From Chiloscyllium plagiosum (lineage: Eukaryota), in the NCBI RefSeq assembly GCF_004010195.1, contig NC_057720.1:13905948-13934627 (forward strand): 28,680 nucleotides of DNA. Reading direction: 5' to 3'. Positions 11,021 through 21,176 of this stretch are shown here, one piece after another; position 1 is the stretch's first letter; each line of letters begins with the position of its first letter. The translations under genes were made by a program, and so were the position numbers. Under the pieces are notes generated by a model. That model was not told the DNA's origin. It did not search any database and saw only the letters and a program-made list of their open reading frames with translations.

Positions 11021-11510
11021 AGCAGTTGGGAGATCATGTTGCGGCTGTATAGAATATTGGTTAGGCCACTGTTAGAATATTGTGTGCAATTCTGGTCTCC
11101 TTCCTATCAGAAAGATGTTGTGAAACTTGAAAAGATTTACAAGGATCTTGCCAGGGTTGGAGGATTTGAGCTATAGGGAGAGGCTGAACAGGCTGGGGCT
11201 GTTTTCCCTGGACCGTCAGAGGCTGAGGGGTGACCTTATAGAGGTTTACAAAATTATGAGAGGGGCAACATTTTCACACAGAGGGTGGTACGTGTATGGA
11301 ATGAGCTGCCAGAGGAAGTGGTGGAGGCTGATACAATTGCAACATTTAAGAGACATTTGGATGGGTATATGAATAGGAAGGGTTTGGAGGGATATGGGCT
11401 GGGTGCTGGCAGGTGGGACTAGATTGGGTTGGGATACCTGGTCGGCATGGACAGGTTGGACCGAAGGGTCTGTTTACGTGCTGTACATCTCTATGACTCT
11501 ATGACTCTAT
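11021..11510 (+). mobile_element. CR1 (HER1-type) LINE 3' end with internal deletion
   Basis: LYRILVRPLLEYCVQFWSP and LSYRERLNRLGLFSLDRQRLRGDLIEVYKIM; tail ttggaccgaagggtctgttt + (ctatgact)n. Confidence 0.9.
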
Positions 11511-11699
11511 GGGGAGGACATCAAAGGTGAGGCCACAATTGATAAGACTGGATCTTTAGCCATTCAGTGAAGCTTCCCTGAAAAACTTCTGTTGGTGTGA
11601 GAATCCAGAAGGGAGGTCTGATTGAAGTCATAAGAAATATGGAGAGACTTCTTCATTATGCTTTGATGGTATACGTCAGGCCTAACAGTGAGGCCAGAG

Positions 11700-11975
11700 T
11701 TTGTTGCTCATCTCTAATTATCCAACTGAGAATCTTGTTAGGCTTTTTCAGAGGGTGGTTAAGAGTCAACCACATTTCTATGCAAGCCAGACCAGGTAAG
11801 GAAGACAGATTGCCTTCCCTAAAGGACATTATTCAACCTGATGCAACAACTGATGATAGTTTCATGGTTGCCATTAGTGAGACTGGCTCCTACAGGCAGG
11901 CTGGAACCAATGTTCTCCAAAGCACTGATCCGGATTACTCGTCCAGCAGCATAACCATGATACCTCCATCTCACC
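11700..11975 (-). mobile_element. Family-B SINE, decayed
   Basis: ttaagagtcaaccacatt...ccagaccaggtaaggaagacagattgccttccctaaaggacatta is the reverse complement of the 1160-1270 body. Confidence 0.7.
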
Positions 11976-11989
11976 CAAGATCACTATAG

Positions 11990-12400
11990 GGATATTTATT
12001 CTTATGATGGAGTCCAGTACTCAAGAATGTAAATATAAGACAATCACCAACAAATTGAATCAGGAATTCAGGAGAAATCTCTTCAATCAATGGGGATAAT
12101 GTGGAACTTGGCATCTCAAGGAATTGGGAGAAATTGAGGACTGCCAGATGCTGGAGACCAGAGTTGAAAAGTGTGGTGCTGGAAAAGCGCAGCAGGCCAG
12201 GCAGCATCCGAGGAGCAGGAGAATTGACATTTCAGGAAGAAGGGCTTATGCCCGAAACGTCGATTCTCCTGCTCCTCGGATGCCGCCTGACCTGCTGCGC
12301 TTTTCCAGCACCACACTTTTCATCTCAAGGAATTGCTCAAAAAATCTCAAAGAATTGAGGTGAATAGTGTAGAGGAATTTAAGGAGAAGTCAGAGATGGT
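11990..12400 (+). mobile_element. Old CR1 3' fragment interrupted by a PLE fold-back element
   Basis: ggagtccagtact...ggaattcaggagaaatctcttc...aatgtggaact and gaggtgaatagtgtagaggaatttaagg. Confidence 0.5.
12127..12320. mobile_element. Fold-back PLE-terminus mini-element with 15-bp target-site duplication
   Basis: Arms ~12161-12233 / ~12254-12326; catctcaaggaattg at 12112-12126 and 12321-12335. Confidence 0.88.
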
Positions 12401-12710
12401 GGAGAAAGAAATAGAAGAATTTTTTTCCCAAGTGTTATGTCAATAGGGTGGTTCTGACATTCAGTCTTCTTCAAACCCCAGTCTAATTTACAAGAGTGTG
12501 GGAAGGAGCAGCAACAGAAATGCTGCTTCCTCTATATTCCCACATGTTGGCCACCGTACCATTCACTACCCCAGATATTGAAAGAAATTAGATGACTTTA
12601 CCACTCAAGCATCATGAGTGTTCTTAAGTACTACATTATATGACAGTTCTTTTTTACCCCCAGAATCATAGGCGCATTTCCTGGCTGGAGTACATGATTT
12701 ATTTGGAAAG

Positions 12711-13222
12711 GACTTGCATTTGTATAGTGCCTTCATTGTGTCAGCCCACCCCCAAGTGATTTACAGCCAATGAAATGCCATTTGATGCATAACAACTGTT
12801 GTGACACAGGGTTCCATCTCTGATCTCCAGCATCTGCAGACCTCACTTTCTCTTCATTGTGTCAGCCCACCCCCAAGTGATTTACAGCCAATGAAATGCC
12901 ATTTGATGCATAACAACTGTTGTGACACAGGGCAACCCATTTGTACACAGCAAGATCCCACCCAGCAATGTAACAACAGGGAAATTCCATCAAGTGTCCT
13001 TCAAATAGCCCCATGGGATCTTGTACATTCACCAGAGGGATCAGGTGAGGAATTAGCTGAACATATCGCCTAACGTGTGGTACCTCTGACAGCGCAGTAC
13101 TCATTCAGTGCTGCACTGAAAAGATCACATCCAATATGCTCTGAGACGTTTGAAATGGAACATGGACCTATGACTTGTCTGTCATGAAGGGGAAAGAATT
13201 ACCATTGAGTCACAGCTGACAC
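12711..13222 (-). mobile_element. DeuSINE-like (SacSINE1-like) SINE
   Basis: gacttgcatttgtatagtgcctt tail, tttacagccaatgaa, cacagcaagatcccac, aaatagccccatgggatctt, acctctgacagcgcagtactc and gagtcacagctgacac match my recollection of the Deu-domain consensus. Confidence 0.72.
12731..12932 (+). repeat. Perfect 81-bp direct repeat flanking a 40-bp PLE terminal tip
   Basis: 12731-12811 = 12852-12932; spacer 12812-12851 contains ctctgatctccagcatctgcagacctcactttct. Confidence 0.93.
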
Positions 13223-13689
13223 CTAACAGAGCAAACTAATAAATTCAGTGGACTACACTCAAAAGATAAATGTGTTAACTTTCAAATTTCATGGGTGAGC
13301 GCGAAAATAAAAATAGTCAATTGGATTTTACGTTTCATTAAATTTGTGGAGGCAATCGTGTTGTTGCCTTGCTACCAGTGACACTGGGGCAACCCAACAT
13401 CATCCTCAGTTAAAACAAGTAACTGAAGTTCACCTTCTTTGCAAACTCCGCATTTAAATAACGTCAGGGCAACCAACATCATCAGACAAGGCTCAAGCTC
13501 AAAAGAACAATCAGCTGTCTGACATTGAGCAAAGGTAATGAGCTGCCCAATGTAGTCAGATGGTGCTGAGGAGGCAGCAAGACATTGCTCACAACAGCTC
13601 CTGAGAGGAAAATAAAGTGAAAGAAGTCAATTTTCTCTGACTGCGGGAATAATTAATGCTATAATAGGGAGCAATGCAATGCAATATTT

Positions 13690-14420
13690 TTGAAATGATG
13701 AGAAATGATTAAATGTTCAGAGGGAATTGGATGTCCTTGTACATGATACACAGAAAGTTAACATACAGGTATAACAAGCAGTTTATCTCAAACGGATTTT
13801 CAGCACAAGAATAAGGAAGCTATGATGTACTGTGAATACTTTTGGTCTCTGTGTTTCAGGAAGGATATACTTGCTTCTGAGGAGGTGAAGTAGAGGCCCA
13901 AATCCATTTATGGGATCGTAAGTGAGATGGTGAAAAAAGAAACTCTCTAGTGTTTAAAAGAATGGGAATGTTATCCTTGAAGCAGGATTCCGAGAGGATA
14001 TAACAGGACTGAAGTAGAGAAGCTGTTTCCTCAGTCTGGAGAGTCCAAAACAATGTGGCAGAATCTCAGGATAAGGCTTCAATCATTTAGGACTGAAATA
14101 AGCATAGAGTCATAGAGTTGTACAGCACGAAACAGACCCTTCGGTTCAACTCATCCATGTTGATCCGATATCCTAAATTAATCTATTCCCACTTGCCAGC
14201 ATTTGGCCCCTATTCCTCCAAATCCTGCCAATTCATATTCCCATCCAGATGTCTTTTAAATGTTCTTATTGTACCTGGCTCCACCATTTCCTCTGGTAAA
14301 AAATACCTCACTCAGAAGTCTGAGAATCTCTGGAATTTTGTATCCCAGAGGGTCGAGGATGCTCAAGGTTGAGATCAATGGAGTTTTGAATGTGAAGACA
14401 GTAAAGAGATGTGGGGGATA
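13690..14420 (+). mobile_element. Old CR1 ORF2 3' region interrupted by a younger CR1 tail
   Basis: gttcagagggaattggatgtccttgtaca, tactgtgaatacttttggtctc, aggaaggatatacttgc; resumes at ~14297 with ctcactcagaag..aatctctggaatt. Confidence 0.65.
14103..14296 (-). mobile_element. CR1 (HER1-type) 3' tail fragment
   Basis: catagagtcatagagttgtacagcacgaaacagacccttcgg is the reverse complement of the 11440-11510 tail. Confidence 0.85.
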
Positions 14421-14427
14421 TATTGTG

Positions 14428-14907
14428 GATGTTGAAAATCTGAAACAAACACAGGCAGTGCTGGAGAAACTCAAGAGGTCTGTGGAGAGAGAAAGAGAGT
14501 TAATGTTTCAAGTCTGCAGTTCTGAAGAAGAGTATTACTGGATTTGAAATGTTAACTTGATTTTTTTCACCTTCTGGATTAGTGGTGCTGGAAGAGCACA
14601 GCAGTTCAGGCAGCATCCAAGGAGCTTCGAAATCGACATTTCGGGCAAAAGCCCTTCATCAGGAATAAAGGCAGTGAGCCTGGAGTGTGGAGAGATAAGC
14701 TAGAGTAGGGTTGGGGTGGGGAAAAAGTAGCATAGAGTCTTCAGGGCAGAGGAAATGACCTGAGAGTTGCAGTGGGAGAGGGACTCCCTGAGATTCTTGT
14801 AGAGAGAGGAGGAATACGTCTTCAAGGCAGGCATCCTTGCAAGAGGATTCTCAGTAGGGTCCCAGATGCTGCTGGAGCTGCTGAGTTTCTCCAGCATTCT
14901 CCAGCAT
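14428..14907. mobile_element. Short PLE-derived fold-back element with a younger PLE nested inside
   Basis: gtgctggagaaactca (14458) versus tgagtttctccagca (14882); decayed ctgaagaagag..gaaatgttaac motif at 14522-14556. Confidence 0.6.
14575..14860 (-). mobile_element. Internally deleted PLE (ORF 5' piece fused to terminus)
   Basis: Minus strand encodes SLYKNLRESLSHCNSQVISSALK as at 2000-2070, joined to a terminus with ctgatgaagggcttttgcccgaaatgtc (14635-14662). Confidence 0.82.
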
Positions 14908-15279
14908 GTGTGAAAGGGACATGGGATGAAGCAAGCTGTCACAGCTGAGGTCATGACTTTAGTTAATGTGGAGCGTGCTTGAAGCAGCAAACTACTCCTG
15001 CTTCTATTTTTTATGCTTTTACAGCAGCAAGTTCCTTTTGTGGTAATGATCACATAAATACCATGGACACAAAATGTAGCTGCATCAAGTAACACTACTA
15101 TTCCGAGGCAGAATGGGAGATGACAAAGCAACTTTCCCATCATTCACGCCTATGCGAGTAACATTAATATATTACAATGCACAGTTTGTACATATCGAGC
15201 CACTGTATTTATGAGAGAGGTTATGTACGTCTTTTTGAGAGAAGTTGATGTGATATTGTTTGTGTGTTCAAGGGTCCTC

Positions 15280-16040
15280 TCTCAATAGACTCTGTCGACT
15301 GTCAGAATATTAACTCTATTTTTTCTTGTTATGGAGCAGACCAGACCCGATTAAAATATTTTAAGAAACCAGCCTCAACCCTAACATTTTCTTATTTTAA
15401 AAACAAAAGTGAAGTGTCTGTTCCAACTGCAGCCGACTGGTCAAACTACTCGACATAAAGAAAACGTAATATATTTAAACATTGTACTTAAAATACAACC
15501 AAAGAAAGAGGAATTTAGAATAACAACTCCACTGGAAAATTTAACAGATTAATAGATACAGTAACTATTACTAATTAACCGTTTCAACATATTAACATCC
15601 CAAAAACACTCTTTGTCAAAAAGGAACATTCAGACACAGATTCTCACATGCAGTTCTCCAAGACAGGAGGAAAGAAATCAAGAGAAAATTCAGAGAGAGT
15701 CGCAGCCAAGAGAGGTTCACTGAAGCTTTCAACTCTTATTGAGATCCTTGTAGTTTCTGCTTAAAACTAAATCTAAAACCCAGAAATCCTGATCTGTGAG
15801 AGCTGGCCACACTCATTCCGGTCGTTAACAAAAATCCCAATACCTCCCAAGCTTTTACTTTGGTGGTTCTGGTAGACTGTTTGTCTCCCCTTCAAGAAAA
15901 AAGACCAGGACAGAATAACCTCATAAAGTGACAGCATCATCACATTCTCTACAGGCCTGTTGCCAGCACTGTTGTGCTTCACTAGCACTCTCTGTTTTTG
16001 TTTCAGATGTTCAGCGTCTGCAGTTCTTTGAGTTCATTTT
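15280..16040 (+). mobile_element. Decayed PLE-terminus derivative split by a solo LTR
   Basis: gaatattaactctattttttct | LTR | ttctctacagg...tctctgtttttgtttcagatgttcagcgtctgcagttctttg. Confidence 0.6.
15327..15944. mobile_element. Solo LTR (618 bp) with 4-bp target-site duplication
   Basis: Ends TGTTATG...CATCACA (6/7 inverted match); ttct at 15323-15326 and 15945-15948; host repeat resumes across it. Confidence 0.78.
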
Positions 16041-16391
16041 TGTAGATCATTTGTTGTCCCGCATTGTTTGTAGGGAAATGGACTGTTGGCTGTGATTCTG
16101 CTACCAGAACATTCCCACTTCCAAGTCACTGGTTGATGCAGTAGTTTCAATAAGCATTCTGTAAAACATCAAATTAAGTCATTCAAGTCAGAGGAGATAA
16201 TCTTTCTTCCAGTTCTTCTCCCTTCCTCAATGTGAAGGCCAAGTCTCTTTCAGGTTCAACCTTGCAGGTCCCAATACCACTCCCTCATGTACTTTACATG
16301 TCTCAGCCCGTGGCTCAGATTGTAGAAATGTTTCATAACTGATTCCAACTATCCAGGAGATTGGAATGCACATAATATTTATAATATTTAA

Positions 16392-16472
16392 TGAAAACAC
16401 GAAGTGCTGGAGAATCCTAAGACTTCCGGAAACATCAACGAAGAGAGAGGCAGAGTTAACACTTCAGAGTTC
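16392..16472 (-). mobile_element. Short PLE-terminus derivative
   Basis: aaaacacgaagtgctggagaa...gagagaggcagagttaacacttcagag. Confidence 0.5.
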
Positions 16473-16505
16473 TAAAAAAGAATAAAAAAGGTAAAGGGAT
16501 GTTGG

Positions 16506-16823
16506 GGGTGGCAGGGTGGCTCAGTGGTTAGCACTGCTACCTTACAGTACCAGGGACCCCGGTTCGATTCCAGCCCCGGGCAACTGTCTGTGTGAAGTTT
16601 GCATGTTCTCCCTGTGTCTGTGTGGGTTTCCTTCAGGTACTCTGGTTTCCTCCCACAGTCAAAAGATGTGCAGGTCAGATAAATTAGCCATGTTAAATTG
16701 CCCATGGTGTCCAGGGAGGTATAGGTTAGGTGCATTAGTAGGGGAATGGGTCTGGGTGGTTTACTCTTTGGACGGTCAGTGTGGACTTGCTGGGCCGAAG
16801 GGCCTGTTTCCATACTGTAGGAA
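16506..16823 (+). mobile_element. HE1 SINE, near full length
   Basis: ggtggctcagtggttagcactgc, ggttcgattcc, V-domain, and tail gggccgaagggcctgtttccatactgtagg. Confidence 0.92.
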
Positions 16824-17280
16824 GCCTATGGTAAGTGGGAGGTTTTCAAAATTGAGATATCGAGTGTTCAGGGCACAGTATGTGCCTGTTAATGTGTAGG
16901 GCAAGGCTGACGGAAATAGGGAACACTGGATGACTAGAGATGTTGAGGCTCTGGTCAAGAAAAAGAAGAAGGCATACATTAGGTATTGACAGCTAGGATC
17001 AAGTGAATCCCTTGAGGGATGTAGGACTACACTAAACAGGGAAATAAGGAGGGTGGAAAGGAGACATGAGACAGCTTTAGCAGATAGCATTAAGGAGAAT
17101 CCAAAGAGATTCTACAATTATATTAAGGGCAAAACAGTAACCAGGGAGAGATTAGGGCACCTAAAAATCAATGAGGTTGTCTACATGTGGAACCGCAGGA
17201 GATGGATGAGTTCCTAAACAAATATTTCTCGTCAGTATTTGCCATGGAGAAAGACATGATAGCTTGGGAGCTTGGGGAAA

Positions 17281-17377
17281 GAAGGGGTTTCCTGAAGAAG
17301 GGCTCATGCCCGAAACGTCGATTCTCCTGCTCCTTGGATGCTGCCTGACCTGCTGCGCTTTTCCAGCAACACATTTT
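17281..17377 (+). mobile_element. PLE terminal fragment inserted in CR1
   Basis: Near-identical to 12236-12320; CR1 sequence resumes at catgtcttgaaaag. Confidence 0.85.
17288..17323 (+). ncRNA. Minimal type I hammerhead ribozyme-like motif (best-preserved copy)
   Basis: CTGAAGA (17292-17298, fits CUGANGA), A, stem II gggc-tcat-gccc, GAAAC (17312-17316), GTC (17317-17319). Confidence 0.62.
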
Positions 17378-17815
17378 CATGTCTTGAAAAGAGTCCACAT
17401 TGCAGTAAAGGAGGTGCTGGAGGTCTTCAAATGCATAAAGATAGATAAATCCCCCGGAACTGACCAAATATATCCCAGGACATTGTGGGAAGCTAGGGAA
17501 GAAATTGTGTGGGCCCCAGCAGAGATATTTGTATCATTGACAGCCATGGGTAAGGTGCTGGGAGACTGGAGGGGGCTAATGCTGTACCATTATTTAAGAA
17601 AGGCTCCAAGGAGAAGCCAGGGGAGGGTAAGTTGTTGAAGGGGATTTTGAGAGACAGGATCTATATGAATATACAGGACTGATTAAGGATAGTCAGCATG
17701 GCTTTGCGCCTTGTGAAATTGTATGTTTTGAAGATGTGATCAAGAAGATAGATGAAGGTGGTGGACATTGTCCACAAGGGTTTTAGCAAGGCCTTTGACA
17801 AGATACCAAATGGCA

Positions 17816-19570
17816 CCGCATTATGAGCTCAGCAACACCTCCGCCCTGCTTGAGGTTCAGAAGGCTCCCCACCAGTTGAAGAACAACAAGGCTGCGGGAG
17901 CAAATAGCATCCCCACTGAGGCATCAAAGTGCAGAGGCAAAGGGCTCCTGCTACAGCTGCAAGGCCTTGTCTATCTTTTGTGGAAAGAGGAGAGCATCTT
18001 TGGAGAGCTCCGAGATGCCACAGTCGTATTTTCAAAGAAAGGAACAAGTCCAACTGTGGTAACTACAGGGGAATTTCCCTGCAGTCAACCACTGGAATAA
18101 CCATGTCCAAGGTCCTTCTCAACTGTCTCCTCCCTGTGGCTGAGGAACTCCTCCTGGATTCACAGTGTGACCTTTGGCCACGGAGGGGCATAACGGACAT
18201 GATTTTCACCATGCAACAGCTGTGGGAGAAATGTAGAGAGAAGAACCTCCCCCCCGTACATGTCTGTCTTCAACCTTACAAAGGCTTTTGACACCATCAG
18301 TCAGGAAGTATTATGGAGCTACCTGATCTCCACTTTGTTTGCACCATGAATTTTATCACTATCTTTCACCTGCTCCACAACGGCATGGAAGTCATGATAA
18401 CTAATGGCTCCACCATTGATCCATTCCCCACTCAGGCCAATGTCAAGCAGGGTTGTGTTATTGCCCCAAAACTGTTCTCAATCTACTTCACTTCAATGCT
18501 CCACCTCACCGCCAACAAGCTCCCCGATGGAATGGGGCTAATCTACAGAACCAGCAGGAAATTACTCAACTTCCATCACCTTCAAACCAAAACCAAACTT
18601 ACCCCAACCAGGGTCATCAAGCTGCAGTATGCAGATGACGCTTGTGTATGTGCCATCTCTGAGCATGTACTCCAGACCATTGTCAACACCTTTATGGAGG
18701 CATATGAGAGCATGGGTCTCACTCTGAACATCCACAAGATGAAGGTCCTCTGCCAACCAGGCCTGGCATTGTGGAGAAAACCCACTTTACCAAGGTCCAT
18801 GTGGAGGCCTTCGAGAAAGTTGACCACCTACAGCATCTCAGAAATGTCCTTTCAGCCAAAGAAGTTATTAATGAAGCGATCCAGCATCACCTCCAGTGTG
18901 CTAATGCAGCCTCGGGCTGCCTGAGGAAAAGGGTGTTCAAAGACTATAACATCAGATCTGACACCAAGCTCCTGGTTTACAGAGCTGTGCTGCTCCCCAT
19001 CCTCCTATATGGCTCTGAGACGTGGGCTGTCTATAGCAGACACCTCAAGAACCTGCCAATCCTCTGGGAAGGCAGACGCACCAACACCAGCGTCCTCGAC
19101 CAACATCCCCAGCATCGAGGCACTGACACACCCCACCCCACATTGCTATGGGCGAGGTATGTTGTCCCCATGACCGACATGAAGCTCCCCGAGCAGGTGC
19201 TCTACTCCCAGCTTTGAAACTGCAGGCGAGCCCCAGGGCAGAGGAAGCGTTTCAGGGATACCCTCAAGGCCTCACTGGGGAAGCACAGCATTCCCACCGA
19301 GAACTGGGAATCACTGAGCCAAGATTATCCAAAGTGGAGGAGGAGCATCTTCGAAGGCGTCGAGCACCTCGAGACTTGCCGTCAGGAGAAAATGGAAGCC
19401 GGGGGAGACAATGAAAGGAATGCGCTGCCACATCAATGCCCCACCCACCCCCTTCCCATGATCACTTTCTGCCCCAAGTATAACAGGGCCTGCAGTAGCC
19501 CCAACAGACTCACCCTGAGAGTGGAAGAGAGACATCCTAGTCTGTGAGGCACTGCCAATGTTGATGATGA
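17816..19570 (+). mobile_element. RTE-clade (BovB-like) LINE, 5'-truncated, decayed RT
   Basis: LKNNKAAGANSIP, CGNYRGISL, DMIFTMQQLWEKCRE, VKQGCVIAPKLFSIY, LQYADD (18622-18639), TKLLVYRAVLLPILLYGSETW; (gat)n tail; multiple frameshifts. Confidence 0.9.
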
Positions 19571-20684
19571 CGGCATGATAGACTCGTTAGTAAAGTTAGA
19601 TCGCATGGCATCCAGGGAGAGCAAGCCAACTGGACAAAATTGGCTTGACGATAGGAGACAGAGGGTGTTGGTAGAGGGTTATTATTCAGCCTGGAGGCCT
19701 GTGATCAGCTGCAAGGATCAGTGCTGTTATTTGTCACTGATATGAATGATTTGGATGAAAGTATAGGAGGCATGGATAGTACACTTGTGGATGACACCAA
19801 AATTGGTGATATAGTGGACAGTGAAAAATATTATGGGAGAGTAATATGGGATCTTGATCAACTGGGCCAGTAAGCCAAGGAGTGGTAGATGGGCTTTAAT
19901 TCAGATATATGCAAGTTATTGCCTTTTGGCGAGACAAATAAGAGCCAGACTAACACAGTTAACAGTAGGGCCTTGGGGAGTATTGTCGAATAGAGAGAGC
20001 TGAGAGTGCAGGCTCACAGTTTCTTAAAAGTTGTGTCACAGATAGACAGGGTGCTGAAGAAGGCATTTATCATGCTTGCCTTCACTGGTCAGAGCATTGA
20101 GTATAGCAGATGGATGTCATGTTACAGCTGTACAAGACATTGGTAAGTCAACATTTGGAGTGCTGTGCACAATTCTGCTATAGGAAGGATGTTATTAAAC
20201 TGAAAAGGGAGCAAAATAATATTTACAAGGATATTACCGAAACTAGAAGGTTTGAGTTATAAGGAAAGACAACATAGGCTGGACTGTTTTCCCTGGAGAG
20301 TCGGAGACTGAGAGATTACTGATCGAAGTTTATATAATCATGAGGGACATAAGTAAGGTGAATAGCCAAGGTTTTTTACCCAAGGTTGGCGAGTCCCAGA
20401 CTAGAGGCATAGGTTCAAGGTGAGAGGGGAAAGATTTGAAAGAGGCCTGAGGGGCAATGTTTTCACAGAGAGGGTGGTGTGTATATGGAATGAACCGCTA
20501 GAGATAGATATATTTATAATGTTCAAAAGACATTTGGACAAGTACATGGATAGGGAAGGTTTTGATGAATATGTGCCAAACGCAGGCAAATGGGACAGGT
20601 TCAGTTCAGGAAATCTGGTTGGCATGGACACATTGGGCTGAATGGCCTGTTTCTGTGCTACGTATCTCAATTACTCTATGACTT

Positions 20685-20840
20685 AAGTCATATTAGACTT
20701 GAAATGTTAACACTGCTTCTCTCTGCAGTGACCTGGAGGTTGGATGGGACATGCAGCAGAGTAGTCATACCTAACTATCCATATTATTGCAAACAAAACC
20801 TGTTTCGGATCTCTAGCATGTGTAGTACTTGCTTTTATTT
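20685..20840 (+). mobile_element. Short PLE-terminus derivative, decayed
   Basis: agtcatattagacttgaaatgttaacactgcttctctct...tgtttcggatctctagcatgtgtagtacttgctttt. Confidence 0.5.
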
Positions 20841-21176
20841 ACATATAATACATTAGGGATACATGCTCCACTCGTAAGCCGAGTATCTATTGCCTTTAGG
20901 AAAGTAAACAATGATAATCTATGTGGAATATACTCCCACCCTGCTATTCAGTGATATGATGTTCGTCTAATTCAACAAAGAAACTCATGTTTTCAACATT
21001 ATTTATTGAAAATGAATGAGAATTAACAGATTTATTGTCAATGCGTAGATTTACTTGTGTCAATTAAAAATAGAGATTGTGTTGGTATCCTCTGTTTCTA
21101 CAAAATTACAGTGTTAATGTGTACAGTTGCACAGGCAGAAAATGAGGTTCCTTTATCCTGAGCTAGACAATGCTAT

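Larger units (their letters stand above)
16826..20683 (+). mobile_element. 5'-truncated CR1 LINE (decayed ORF2), interrupted by a PLE tip and an RTE element
   Basis: IKENPKRFY, KIDKSPGTDQIYPRTLWEAREEI, FSKAFDK, then after the RTE: QGSVL, VDDTKIG, RGERFERGLRGNVFTERVVCIWN, and tail gggctgaatggcctgtttc...ctctatgact. Confidence 0.88.

Noticed and set aside
12731..12932. Repeat-spacer-repeat as a CRISPR array
   Set aside because: Only two 81-bp repeats, the spacer is a PLE end, there are no cas genes, and the context is vertebrate.
17768..19414. Chain of RT ORFs as a retron or novel RT system
   Set aside because: They are frameshifted fragments of one RTE LINE ORF in eukaryotic DNA.
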